From positions 32,001 to 96,000 of IMG/VR virus record IMGVR_UViG_3300010354_000044: a stretch of 64,000 nucleotides of DNA. One strand, written 5' to 3'. The stretch comes from a virus. The position numbers and the translations under genes are program-made. The notes below the pieces were generated by a model, which ran no database searches, was not told the origin of the DNA, and was given only the letters and a program-made list of their open reading frames with translations. Positions 1 to 11,300 of this stretch are shown piece after piece; the first letter of the stretch is position 1, and each line of letters opens with the position of its first letter.

Positions 1-47
1 AGCTCTTCATCAAAAGCCGCATCAATTTCAAATTCTGTTAGCATAAT

Positions 48-1574
48 TTATACAGTACTACTAGGAGTTCCAAACCCTTTGTTTTTATTTTTGTAAGGAG
101 GTGACCCATCCGACATCATTTTCTTTTTCTTATAGTTAGCGTACTTATTACTCTTTTGCATCGTGGGTTGCCCCGTAAATGGAGGTTTATCTCCGTATTT
201 ACGTTTGTACTCTTTCTTATAAGCAAGAACTGTATAAGCCGCCTTATCCTGTTCTGTCATATTTTTCTTGGCTTTAACCAACGCTGCGATGTTGGCGTAT
301 AAGCGCTTATCACTAGGTTCAACAGTGGAGTAGTTTTCGCCGTCTTTAGCTTCTGCCTGTTCAGACTCCGCAGTCTCCTTATAATCTTTAGTAGTTTGAC
401 TCAGGGCTTCCTTAGATTCTTGATTTGCATAACTACTACTCGTGGGAGCCTGAAAGGCTACGTACTTATCGCATATGTAGCTACTGAGGATTGGTACGTT
501 ATATATCTGACAGACGGCCGTTTGGTACTCTATGTTCCACATAGATGCAGCACATGTTGCGCAAGCCGGGCCGGGCCTATAATTAGGGATTGAACTGTCA
601 TCGTCACTTAATTTCTGTAGGCTGGCCTGTTGCTGAAATGCTTTAATTACGTCGTTTAGATTAGTCCACTTAGAGCTAGTCGGCATACTTTCATCATTAA
701 GATCACAATACTCCTCATAGTCATCAGATGCATGTACGTCATCAGATGTAGAGGTTGATTTAGAGGGGTTGTAAGCCCAGTTCTTCAGAGATATATCTCT
801 TTTGCTGGGGCATCCTTCAGATACAGGACTACCCTGCTCCATACCCCTCATCCGACTCACGAAAGAAATAGTCCTATTGGCCCAAGTAACATGCTTAGCT
901 GTCCAGTTTGCCTTTTCTGTTTGCAGCAGCTCTAGATTACGATTAATAGGGCCCCGGCCTAAACTGGCTTTTGAGCTGCACGGATTGTCCGCCCACCGCT
1001 TCAGTTCACTAGCCGACATATTAACGGTAGCTCTATATTTCTTGTAGACTTCGTCTACGTTGTCAGCGTAGTGTTGTACATCGTCTAGCTCGGCTAAATC
1101 TTCTTCCTCTAGGTAATCCATAGAGTTAGATTCTTTTGGTGCTTGAATCTTCTGTAAGGTGCCACCTTTATGGCCTACTAACGTATCAGTGGCCTCACCT
1201 TCTCTGTAAATCCTAATTTGATAAGCGGGGTCTTCTGGTGTGCCTGTAACTTTAGCGTCAATGTTAGGGACTGTACCGTTGGTTATCTTCTTAGTAATTC
1301 GGCCTCTAGCTGTTCCACCACTAGCTTGCCAACTTACATAATCGCCTACCTTAAAGCTCTTAGGTTCAGCATACGTTTCTGCGCTAGAATTAGTAGAGAC
1401 ATCTACCTCCGGCAGCGGCGTAGTTTCAATGTTAATCCGATCGTCACCCGGATCTACAGACTGAGGAATATCCGCCAACCTCTGAATTGGCGGACTTCCC
1501 TGCTCTTTTCTATAGATATTAACAGAATCAAGCAATAAAGAGTTAATTAGATTGGCTGACAACGATTTTCCCAA
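48..1574 (-). CDS. Head-region protein with DUF2945/Tudor-like and DUF3140-like domains
   Basis: FKVGDYVSWQASGGTARGRITK (DUF2945-like) and VNMSASELKRW (DUF3140-like); near the portal gene. Confidence 0.5.
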   Translation of the reverse strand: MGKSLSANLINSLLLDSVNIYRKEQGSPPIQRLADIPQSVDPGDDRINIETTPLPEVDVSTNSSAETYAEPKSFKVGDYVSWQASGGTARGRITKKITNGTVPNIDAKVTGTPEDPAYQIRIYREGEATDTLVGHKGGTLQKIQAPKESNSMDYLEEEDLAELDDVQHYADNVDEVYKKYRATVNMSASELKRWADNPCSSKASLGRGPINRNLELLQTEKANWTAKHVTWANRTISFVSRMRGMEQGSPVSEGCPSKRDISLKNWAYNPSKSTSTSDDVHASDDYEEYCDLNDESMPTSSKWTNLNDVIKAFQQQASLQKLSDDDSSIPNYRPGPACATCAASMWNIEYQTAVCQIYNVPILSSYICDKYVAFQAPTSSSYANQESKEALSQTTKDYKETAESEQAEAKDGENYSTVEPSDKRLYANIAALVKAKKNMTEQDKAAYTVLAYKKEYKRKYGDKPPFTGQPTMQKSNKYANYKKKKMMSDGSPPYKNKNKGFGTPSSTV

Positions 1575-1623
1575 AATCTAGTCCAAACTTAGTCTTTTAG
1601 TTATATTCCTTTGTGTTCAATAT

Positions 1624-2181
1624 ATGGCTATACCTTCTTTGGCTTATCTACTCTCGGTCCAGAAGCTACTGGAAGTTTATGTGAAAGAGTCTCTTGTAGA
1701 CCTAACTAAGCCTCAGTGTAATATCAGAATTCCAGGCTTACCCGCTCGCATGGTTTGTAGCCAGCAGCTTCTAAATCTGAGTGATTTTAACTGGGACTTT
1801 AGTAATTATGATTTCTGTCTGTCTATCTTAGAATTGGAAGAGTCTATCGCTGACTCAATAGCACACGCTCAGATAAGTAATAATAACCTTTTTATTATTA
1901 TGAACGACTTTAAGTCGTATAACTTCCTAGTACCTAACTATCCAGCGCTTTATGATAAGCTTGTAGCCGCCCAGATGATTCGCCTAGGTTGTACCTTAAG
2001 AGAGTACCCGGGCAGATATATTGTCATAAAGGACATCTCTACAAAACTATTTGAAACAAATGGTATAGCCTGTAGCTGTGAAGCGCCTCTATGTAACCAC
2101 AGAACGCTGGCTAATGTTTACATCAATAATTCCAAGCTGTTGCAACCTATTGTAAGTGCCAGCATGCCTGGTTATTTCTGA
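1624..2181 (+). CDS. Hypothetical protein with C-terminal SWIM-like Zn finger
   Basis: CSCEAPLCNH fits the CxC...CxH pattern. Confidence 0.45.
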   Translation: MAIPSLAYLLSVQKLLEVYVKESLVDLTKPQCNIRIPGLPARMVCSQQLLNLSDFNWDFSNYDFCLSILELEESIADSIAHAQISNNNLFIIMNDFKSYNFLVPNYPALYDKLVAAQMIRLGCTLREYPGRYIVIKDISTKLFETNGIACSCEAPLCNHRTLANVYINNSKLLQPIVSASMPGYF

Positions 2182-3599
2182 TTTAACTTCCCACTAGGTT
2201 TACGCCCAGATACTGGTCTAGGTTTATCCAAAGGGGTAGAAACGCCTACGGGTCTGCCCGGCTGTACCTCTTCCAGCAATACCTTCTTGATAAAGTCTAC
2301 GTCCTTCTTATCGTGCGGCCTGTCTAAAGCTCTTACCATCTGCCGGACCATCTGGTGGTCAGTCGGATTCAAGGGGTTAAAGTAGCCAGACTTTGTCATA
2401 CCAGTGACGACTTGCATCATAGCCACACGATCTTCAGCCCGATCACTATAGACCCGAGAGAAGCTGGCTGCATACCGGGTTGATTCACGGTTGAAGTTAT
2501 ACTCAATTAGCCTTGAGAAGGCTTGGCGGGCAATAGGCTGTAGCAATAGATTCCTGTAGTGCTCCATATTGCCATAGTACAGCTCCATACGGCGCTCTAC
2601 CCCTTGTTCATTGTTATTCAATTCATTGGTAATAAGGAAAGGCGGGATACCCAGTGGTAAGATTTCTTGCTCAGTTACAAACCTAATAGCATCTATAAAC
2701 GTACTGCCGATATTATTTCCGGTGGTGAGAGAACCTACTTCAGGCTTATTCGCCCCATCCTGTTGGGGTAGGAATAGGATGTTACCGTTGGTATCTAAAT
2801 TCTGTATGGTCTCTTGAAATACATCCTGAGTGGTTAAACTACGCTCCTCGCCAGTAGCAGGGTCAATGGTAGTTTGATTGGTTGGGTAAACAGGCATCTT
2901 GACATATAGCAATGGATTACCATAACGGTCTAAAGCCACTGCCATCATGTCAATCAAGGCATCCTTTAACCTATGCCATTTATAACAAGGAGCTACCGCT
3001 GAATAACCATAATAATTACCAAATGCAGCATTATTAGCAACGTAGATGATCTTCCAGAAGGGCAGCTGCTTCTCGGGTCTAAATCTATTAGGTGTTTGAT
3101 AAATTCCTGATTTCCAGTACCCACCGGGCGTAGGTTTATTCTCGGTTAACATCCCGTTAACATCTGGGCGGATAATGATAGTGTTCGGCGGGTATGTCAC
3201 AATACCATCTAGGAACAGCGTACCCATGTCCAGATTATACAGATTCTCTGATACAGAGAACCCGGCCCACAAAGTCGTAAATATAGCTTGAAATAGTATT
3301 TCGTTTAGGTTCTGGTTGGTCTTATCCTGAAGTTTCTGAACGTTGTATTGTAGGAACTCTTTTATCTCTGGGTCCGGATGATAAACCGTACCAACAGTAG
3401 ATAAGATACTCTTTACCATTATATTGAGGGCAGTAAAGAGCGTTGTATCCTGATAGACCATCTGCTCGTAAGTTTTTAGCTTCTGGAGCGATGGGCGTAA
3501 GGTTCCTACTGGGATAGACCCTTGCTGCCTGGATGCACCCCGTATTTGACGCCTGCTCTCAAAGCGTCTATCTACTGTATAAAGGGTAGATGGGGCCAT
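2172..3599 (-). CDS. Portal protein (Mu gp29/DUF935-like)
   Basis: 475 aa; YEQMVYQD, WAGFSVSE, FGNYYGYSAVAPCYKWH, LDRYGNPLLYVK segments typical of this portal family. Confidence 0.75.
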   Translation of the reverse strand: MAPSTLYTVDRRFESRRQIRGASRQQGSIPVGTLRPSLQKLKTYEQMVYQDTTLFTALNIMVKSILSTVGTVYHPDPEIKEFLQYNVQKLQDKTNQNLNEILFQAIFTTLWAGFSVSENLYNLDMGTLFLDGIVTYPPNTIIIRPDVNGMLTENKPTPGGYWKSGIYQTPNRFRPEKQLPFWKIIYVANNAAFGNYYGYSAVAPCYKWHRLKDALIDMMAVALDRYGNPLLYVKMPVYPTNQTTIDPATGEERSLTTQDVFQETIQNLDTNGNILFLPQQDGANKPEVGSLTTGNNIGSTFIDAIRFVTEQEILPLGIPPFLITNELNNNEQGVERRMELYYGNMEHYRNLLLQPIARQAFSRLIEYNFNRESTRYAASFSRVYSDRAEDRVAMMQVVTGMTKSGYFNPLNPTDHQMVRQMVRALDRPHDKKDVDFIKKVLLEEVQPGRPVGVSTPLDKPRPVSGRKPSGKLNQK

Positions 3600-3613
3600 T
3601 GCGTACCTGTACC

Positions 3614-3805
3614 TTAATTACTTTCTGAGCTGTCTGGATCTTCTTGAGGGTCGGCTTCCGGTGGAGAAACATCCAGCTTTGCTGGGTCTAAGTAAGCCTG
3701 CTTATACTCAATAACGGCCTTGGTAAGCTCCGAAGTAATCTCATTGTTACCTTGATCAACTGGCATTTGTAGACTACCAATGAAAAGCAGTGTATAGAAT
3801 AACAT
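3614..3805 (-). CDS. Small acidic hypothetical protein (start may be 3766)
   Basis: Fills the gap between co-oriented morphogenesis genes. Confidence 0.45.
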   Translation of the reverse strand: MLFYTLLFIGSLQMPVDQGNNEITSELTKAVIEYKQAYLDPAKLDVSPPEADPQEDPDSSESN

Positions 3806-3810
3806 CTTAG

Positions 3811-4347
3811 TTAAGTTAAAAACCGCGCAATACTAGAGCCAGGGTCTCTCGGGAATTGCAGCTTAGACTGATTTTCAGCTCTAATCATATCCAGCTTCTT
3901 CTCCTGTTCCCTAGCTGCCCGCTCCCGAGCTCTGACAACTTCTTCTACTTCCCAAGCGATAGCCTTTTTGATTAGGTCATCCAGGCCATGATCTTGCATC
4001 CATGGGTCTCGGCCTAACCAGTCTTGTATGGGTAGATACGTAATCTGGTTGATAGCCACCCAAGAGGCTATGTCATACTTCTTAGCTACTGCCTGTACTA
4101 AATCCTGCTGATCGTTAAAGTCGCTAAAAAATGCTTGTTCGTCCGAGGTGTACTCAAATCTAATCAAGAAATCAACAGCTGTTGAAGCTAAGGCGCCCAG
4201 TAAGTAATATAACGGTTCAAAAACCTCTACTCTATAAATTGGATAGTTGTCTAAGAAACAGTGGCTTTGCGGGATTGTACTGGCGTAGTAGCTTCTGTCA
4301 AGTCTTTGGGACCTGAGGATAGCTGCTGCCTCAGATCGCCAGCTAAC
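3811..4347 (-). CDS. -1 frame extension of tail assembly chaperone (gpGT-like C-terminal part)
   Basis: The frame of ORF 3811..4167 stays open upstream to the A AAA AAG site at 4353-4347, and is closed by TGA just before it. Confidence 0.7.
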   Translation of the reverse strand, partial: VSWRSEAAAILRSQRLDRSYYASTIPQSHCFLDNYPIYRVEVFEPLYYLLGALASTAVDFLIRFEYTSDEQAFFSDFNDQQDLVQAVAKKYDIASWVAINQITYLPIQDWLGRDPWMQDHGLDDLIKKAIAWEVEEVVRARERAAREQEKKLDMIRAENQSKLQFPRDPGSSIARFLT

Positions 4348-5006
4348 TTTTTTGCGTCATCCATATCAGTATCGCCAATAGTAAACATATTGATGAACAC
4401 CGTAGCTGCAAACTGGACATCAGCAATATCCCAGCTATCTAGAATAGAGATAACATCCTTTGGCTTTTCTACCTCTACGTCATTGACAGTAGCTAAGCAG
4501 TACGATAATAGAAACTCTTCTAACGAACATCCAGTTTCAGCCATGCCATTATACTTTTTGTCTGCCTGAAACTGTACGCCGGTAGAAGGGGTATTGAACT
4601 CAATAGTAAGGTTTGGGTTTGGCATAGACCCTTTCGGAATTCTATACCGGGGTTGGTACTGCTTAGACAGGTTCTCTGCAATTTCCTTTGCACTTTGAGC
4701 TTGTTCCTTAGATAGAAACAGCAAGTCTGTCATAGCGATTGTTAGAAACTGTCGGTCCCGAATAGGAAAAGGCTCTAGTCTATCAACGAGGTCCCGGGGC
4801 TGACTATCAAAGGGCTTATCATCTACCTCTTTCATAGCAATAGCCAAAAGCAGCTCTTCCACCGAATAAGGCATACGCTCCTGTTGAGGGTAACGGCGGC
4901 GTGCGCTTCGGTACATACTATACGTCGGAATTTCCAACGTCAGTGAATATAGTTGAGACGGGATCTGGCTTTTGTCAATCCGCAGAGTCTTTACATCAAT
5001 AGCCAT
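4251..5006 (-). CDS. Tail assembly chaperone (gpG-like)
   Basis: 251 aa with internal two-fold repeat (SVEELLL/SLEEFLL); slippery heptamer near the 3' end. Confidence 0.65.
   Translation of the reverse strand: MAIDVKTLRIDKSQIPSQLYSLTLEIPTYSMYRSARRRYPQQERMPYSVEELLLAIAMKEVDDKPFDSQPRDLVDRLEPFPIRDRQFLTIAMTDLLFLSKEQAQSAKEIAENLSKQYQPRYRIPKGSMPNPNLTIEFNTPSTGVQFQADKKYNGMAETGCSLEEFLLSYCLATVNDVEVEKPKDVISILDSWDIADVQFAATVFINMFTIGDTDMDDAKKLAGDLRQQLSSGPKDLTEATTPVQSRKATVS
4347..4353 (-). other. Programmed -1 ribosomal frameshift site A AAA AAG
   Basis: Canonical X XXY YYZ heptamer in frame (GCA AAA AAG TTA), followed by a TAGCTG...CAGCTA stem. Confidence 0.7.
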
Positions 5007-5117
5007 ATACTAAGGAGAAGATGTTGTTATTATCAATAGTCTCCATCATTGTTAACGGATTGTAGAGTTTGTAAGTAGCCAACTTTGAGTTCCGTCGTAT
5101 TGAGTAGTATCTAACTA

Positions 5118-5354
5118 ATGGTTTATGGCAAGCTTTTACTAGTTACTATTTTTGCTATGCTTTACCAACGATCTAAGGCTTCTAATCTGGCCCTACAACT
5201 TACATTGGTGTACATTATTGTAACTCTGAATTTTATATCAGCCGGTATTACTAATGCCGCGGCCACTAAAATAACAGCAGAACGTATGACGGGCCGGCCA
5301 TCGACCAATGAAGCTGTTACCTACAGGCATAAAACCACAACTCCTGCGTATTAA
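5118..5354 (+). CDS. Possible small hydrophobic protein
   Basis: Stop overlaps the start of the giant ORF (TAATG); no recognisable motif. Confidence 0.3.
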   Translation: MVYGKLLLVTIFAMLYQRSKASNLALQLTLVYIIVTLNFISAGITNAAATKITAERMTGRPSTNEAVTYRHKTTTPAY

Positions 5355-8300
5355 TGTCTTTATTCCCCGAGTACAATATATACGGGCCAGATAGTCTTGG
5401 GCGTGATGTACAAAGGTTAATAGATTCAGAAGCTGACCCTGAAAGTATTGCCCGACGTCAACTAACTTTGCCTAACCTAGAGGCAGAACGTGAAGTTGCA
5501 GCTTTTAGGTTAAACTACGGTGAGGTTCATACAAAGCCTGGGAATCGTTACAACATACTGGGCCAAAAGCTATATGACCCTTTACCTACTGCAGTAGAAG
5601 GTCGGTTGGCTACTGGCAATTTGCAGGCAAATATCACGCAAGATAGAACGATTCAATTAAGAGGGTTAGAGGTTATCAACACCCTTAACTCCGGGCTAGG
5701 GGGTACAGCAGCCCCCGCTCTTAGTAATCGCCAGGGTTCTATGGCAAATCGTTTTACTAAGACGACAGTTTTTGATAGCCTTGTAGGCCCTAGTGATACT
5801 AATATTTTACGGGGTCTTGTTAATAGTCCGGTATTTGAAGAGCCGGTTACTGTAAGGCCTACAACTCAAGATATATCAAACCAATTAGTCTTTCCGACTC
5901 AACAACGCACTAATTATAGTTCCCATTTAGGGGCCTTTGCTCATAAAAATGTTAATGAACAAGGGGTGCAGGAATTATACAATAGCGTTGTCAACCTACA
6001 AAATAGTCTGGGTAATGCTATTACGTCTATAGAAAGACAGTATGCCCAGCAAATGGTTAATGGCCGCATTGAACGAGTACTAGTCGGCGTTCGTGTAGGC
6101 ATTCGTAATTATAACGATTTATACGATGGCCTAGGTTTATATAGTCAGGCATCTTATCCCGGTGTACAGCGGGCGCACTATTTCAATTTCACAGTTAATA
6201 GAAACAACCAGGTTATAGAGACCAGTACTAATAGACTTATTACAGGCTCTCTAATCTCTCAAAACTCTGGTCATATCTCTAATATGGGGGGTCGCAATAG
6301 CGCTTATAACACCGTACTGGGTTTACTTTCTAGCTATGCTAGGTCGGCTGAAATTGAGGCTAAGTACGGAGTTACTCATAGTCTATTTAATATCATGGTT
6401 GCGAGGCAAGACTATAGCTCGTTAGGGCGGGTCTTTGCTGAAATGCTAATTCAACGTGACCAAAGTACTATTGTTAACCAGGGTAATAAGTTCAGGGAAA
6501 CGCTGGAGCTTTTACTAAGCACGACAAATAATAAGGGCCTATCGTCCATTGTAGAAAATACGGTTGATAGGATCGCCAGACAAGGTCTAGATTACTATAC
6601 AACCATTGGGGCTCTATTAGATAAAGATGTACTAGAGCAGCAAATTAATAAACTTTATAGTTATAGGAAGCAGCAGCTACTAAAGGCCTTTGAACCTATT
6701 ACGTCCCATGTAGGTGGGATTAACGAGACGTTTGGTCTAGCTGTAGATACAACTTTACGCAACCTCAATGAGCTTGTAGCTAACGATGCCGAGCAGTTTT
6801 CTATTCCTATAAACGGGCGGCGGGTCACTATTGCCGGGTTTGAAGACCTGAAAATGGCTGCGTTGTCCCTCAGTCCATCGGAGCACGCTCATTATGATTT
6901 TAGAAAGAATCAAGCGAGTAGTTCCATATTGCAGCTTTTGATGTCGCCGTTTCTAATGCCGCACGAAACAGGCTTCAGCGGCTCCCAGGCTGCCGCTCGG
7001 CTTGGTTTCTACCACATGGTAGAAACTAGGGGTGGGCGTAATATGTATGAAATATACCCTGCAGTCTACCGGCATGGTTTCGGCGGCACAAAACCTGGGG
7101 AGTACATTAAATTAATCTCAGCACAGTCCGCTAAGTCCAGCTTATTTAAATACACCTCCCATTTATATAACTTTACCGGAGCCAAGAAAGTCGTAGAGTT
7201 CTTTGAAACTCGTACAGTCTTTGAAGGTATGCCCGCCTTGCGCTATAGCTCCCTCAAAGAAGTAAGGGAACACTTGCAGAGTATCAACTATACAAGCGCT
7301 GATGAGATTATAAAAAATTACAAGACTCGGATGCATCTTGGGGCGGATGAGGAGGATGACACTGAGATTCTACTACTGCCCTTTAGAAAGGCCGAGCAGA
7401 TTAGCCAGCGGTTAAAGAATCTACTAGGCGGGCGTCCTATGCTAGAACTTAACACAACCTTCCGCCAAGCTATTCTGAAGCAGGATAAAGAGGCTCTGCT
7501 TAACTTGTTTGAGCGTAATGAGTTCGGGGATTTGTATCTAAGCGCGAACGCCCTGGCCGGTGAAGTGCCCGCTAATCTAAACAAGATACAATATGACCGT
7601 CTTATTCTAGAACGGAATCGTATCATAAAACGTCTAGGCTACGAAGGTAGGGCTTTAAGTGATAGCGAAAAACTCATACTATCCACCGAGCTTGTTAAGG
7701 CCATGCGGGCAGCAGAGCTTGATATATTTGACGGAGGCGGTTTTGTACAAGGTCGCCGGACCCGGCGAGTTGCTGTAGCAATGGGTGTGAACACCCTTAG
7801 CGACTTCATGCTTGTTAATAATGATTACTTGCAAGCATCGTCTTTTGGGTACATGCATGTTAGTAACCAAAAAATTGCTATTACGCATACCCTTAAAACA
7901 GATAAAGTCGGTACGATACGGCAGCCTGACCCTTTATTTGATGCAAAGGTCAACTTTATTGCTAGCGCATTTAGGCCAGGGACTATTGTCTACTTACAAC
8001 CAAAGGCTTTAGAGAATGAGAAGGTAAAGGATAGCTTAAGCAGATTAGCGGCTAAGTTACGCAGTGAATATCTGGCCAAGAATTTAGACAGCCGCTATTT
8101 AGATGCGCAGGTTACGCAAGCTTTACTACAGTCTTTCCCTGCTCTTGATTCAGTTAGCTTTACTGATGGTGAGTTAACCACAGTAATGCTCAAAGCTGGT
8201 GCATATCAGTTTACTAATGACTCCATTAACTTCCTAGGGGCTCTGGAAGGAAGCAGAATCCGACTAGGATTAATGAATAAAGGGGGGCGCTTTAATCTAA

Positions 8301-11300
8301 CCACTGGCCCTAGCTCAGAGCCTGGCACTGAGTTCTTCGAAATAAAAGTACCTGGAGAAGTCCGTAAGTACACAGGAGGTATGCTAGCTGTTGCCGGGCC
8401 TACCAAAGCAAAGCCAGGTCAGGGCGGCGGCCTAGAGCTAGAAATCCCCTGGTTAATAGAAACAGGAATTGGAGGTACAAGCCGGTCATCTTCCCTGACT
8501 AAGGGGCCTTGGTTAATGTACGACGGCGCCGGATTTGAAGCCTTTGGCACGGCTTTCAAAGCCAATTCTATGCTTTCACATCTCCAGAATGACAGCATCT
8601 TTGCCGTGATGAACCCGGGCGTTTTCAAGGCTTATAATTATGAATCTGGGCTGTCTATTCTACGGGATACTGCGTCTAGGCAAAGTCTACTGAATTTAAG
8701 TAGCGGCGATTTAAGTTTGATTCTGGGTATCGCGTTTTTACAAAAGAACACGGATACCCGTCTTCGGCAAGCCCTGGTCAATTACCTAGACAGTAACTCC
8801 AGTTCACTAGCAGTAAGCCCTTACTTACGAACGCTTATTCAAGATAAATCCTTTGGATCATCAGCGGCTAAGTTAGAAAACCTCTTACTAACAGCTCCTG
8901 ACTTAGCTACCTTAGTAGATAGTCCAACCCTTAGAGACTTTGGAGATAAATTAGCTGAGCAATTTGAGAGTGGGACTTTTGATATACAGAGCCGACTTGA
9001 AGCTATTGTTAATAGGGCTCTTAAAGGGTCTACGACTATTTATGAACAGATAGAAGGGGATGTACGGGGCATTCGCACGTTTGACGAGCGAAACTTTAGT
9101 GTACGTAGTGCCGGCATTTTAGCTGATATTATTCATACAACACAACAAACAATAGACCCAAGCCGTACTTTAGGTCGTATAACAGGCAGTAAACCCTTAA
9201 CAGGCCTTAACTTTATAGATGATCAAGGCCGCCCTAACGTTAGAAAATTTATAGATAACCGCGATTTCCGGGCTGCATCGTTAGACATGGCGCAAAAACT
9301 AAGGGTGCGCTCTCTGTTGCCCAATCAGAGTATTTTAGAGAGCTCTTTAAGTCAGCTCAGGGAGGGGGATGCTCTTTATAAGGACATAGAGAACCTGCTC
9401 TATGTTATCCATAGTTCGTTAATGGCGTCTCCCTACATTGAACGAGCCATTAATTTACTACCTAGTCGTGTTTTATACCCGGCAGGCTCTGAGGACGCTG
9501 TAGGCCTAGAATACCATTATTCTTTAAGCCTTAGTAAAAAAGAGTTTGCGGCCTTACGGGGGCAGGGGCTTGATATGGAAAGGTTCACCCAAGCCCAAGC
9601 TGCTTATAGCACTGTTGTAACCCATAGTGGTGTTAATGAAATTAGCCGTAGGATGGAGATTATATCTCCATTTGGTGTAGACCCAGCGCAGCGGAATTTA
9701 GGTCGTATCGTCTCGGCGCTTATACAGAATTACAATGAGATATCGGGTAAAGCTCAGTTTATTGGTAATGATAACCTTAGCCCCTTAGATGCTATTGTCC
9801 GTAGTATAAGCGCCGGGGATGAGACTGAGCTAAATAGCTTAATGTCCCGGTATCAACTTATTAATCAAGCCGTAAGGTATCATCGCGGCGTAGGCCCCTC
9901 TGACCAACAAAGTGCGGTTAATCTGATAAGTGCGGTTAATCTGATAACTGCGCTTAACCCGAGTCGGCTTGATTTAAGTCAAGCCACTGACGAGCAAATT
10001 AGAACCTTAGGAGCTTTATATAACCTAAGGGGCGATGTTACTACTATCCGGCAAAGGTTGTCGGAGTTAGGCCCTACGTTGGGCCGAGGTCTGCTTTATT
10101 TAGACCGCAGTGACAATCTATTTAGTGAAAGGCGCTTGGCTTTGTCTAAAGCCATTATAACCTACTCGGAGTTAAGACGAAATAAGGGGCTTACTGACTT
10201 AAGTTACAACCTAAGTCCTTATGCTGCTGACGTACAGTCTGCATTAGTAACTTCAAATGTTAATAGCTACAATATTGGGTTTCTTGAGTTTGAGCAGGCC
10301 TTAAATTTAGTCACAGACCAGTCCTCCGGACGCCTTGATGTTAGATACGCCGATAATAGGTCTACAAAGATACTTAATGTAGCCAGTAAATTGCAAGCTA
10401 ATGACGCTTTTGTAGAACGGCTAGCGTTGAACGCCGCGGGTACTAGCACTACAGATACGTTTATTAATTCTCTACAGCGAATAGTAGCCGGTACAGAGAA
10501 TATTCTTAAATTCTATGGAAAGGAGACTGAACAAGCCCAGAGAGCACTAAAACTTCGTAGTGAAGTTTACGATACAAAAACGTTGCTCCTACCTGCTATT
10601 GAAACATATACAGCGGGAGACGGGACTATTATAAAACTAGCTGAGTCAGATAGTAACGGAAAAGTACAGTATACAGATACTCCCGTAGTTCAACTAGGGT
10701 TGGATGTTCTAAGTCAAATACCTACTAGATTTGAATCTTACATTAATGAAGTTGTGGAACGCCAGCAACGTATTCGTGAGCTGATTCCTAAATTCCAGGA
10801 AGTGGTTAACCAATTACAGAAGGGCTTCATCTCTAATGCATCTGTCAGCGATATCAGCATTATAGAAGAGATGCAGCGATTAGCTTACGAAAGTCAACAT
10901 GATTTAGAATCTATTTTAACGTCTGTTCTGCAGCAGAATGCTGAGAACGAGAAGCGTAAATACCCTGGGGTGGCGTTTACAGCAGTAGCTGATTACTTAG
11001 CTACACCTACAGAGGCTTTTGTCGGTAAGCGAGTTACCTCCACTGGGTTAAACCAGGTAGTTAGGGATGCGAAAGCTACTTTAAACTCCCCGGAGCTGTC
11101 CAAGGTAGAAGTAGAAGCACTACAACGTATCGGCCAGTTAACCGGGTATGTCAACAGGGCTGGGGGCTTAAGCGGAGCAAGCCAGTCTACTAACATGCTC
11201 CATGATGTTAAGTCTCAGGCTATTCTAAAAGAACGTGGTCAGCTAGAGAATAATCAATTACAGCTATCTCTACAGGGTAATGAAACAGCCTTGATTGTTT

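Noticed and set aside
9911-9946. 18-nt tandem duplication (SAVNLI twice)
   Set aside because: Simple in-frame slippage duplication with no sign of function
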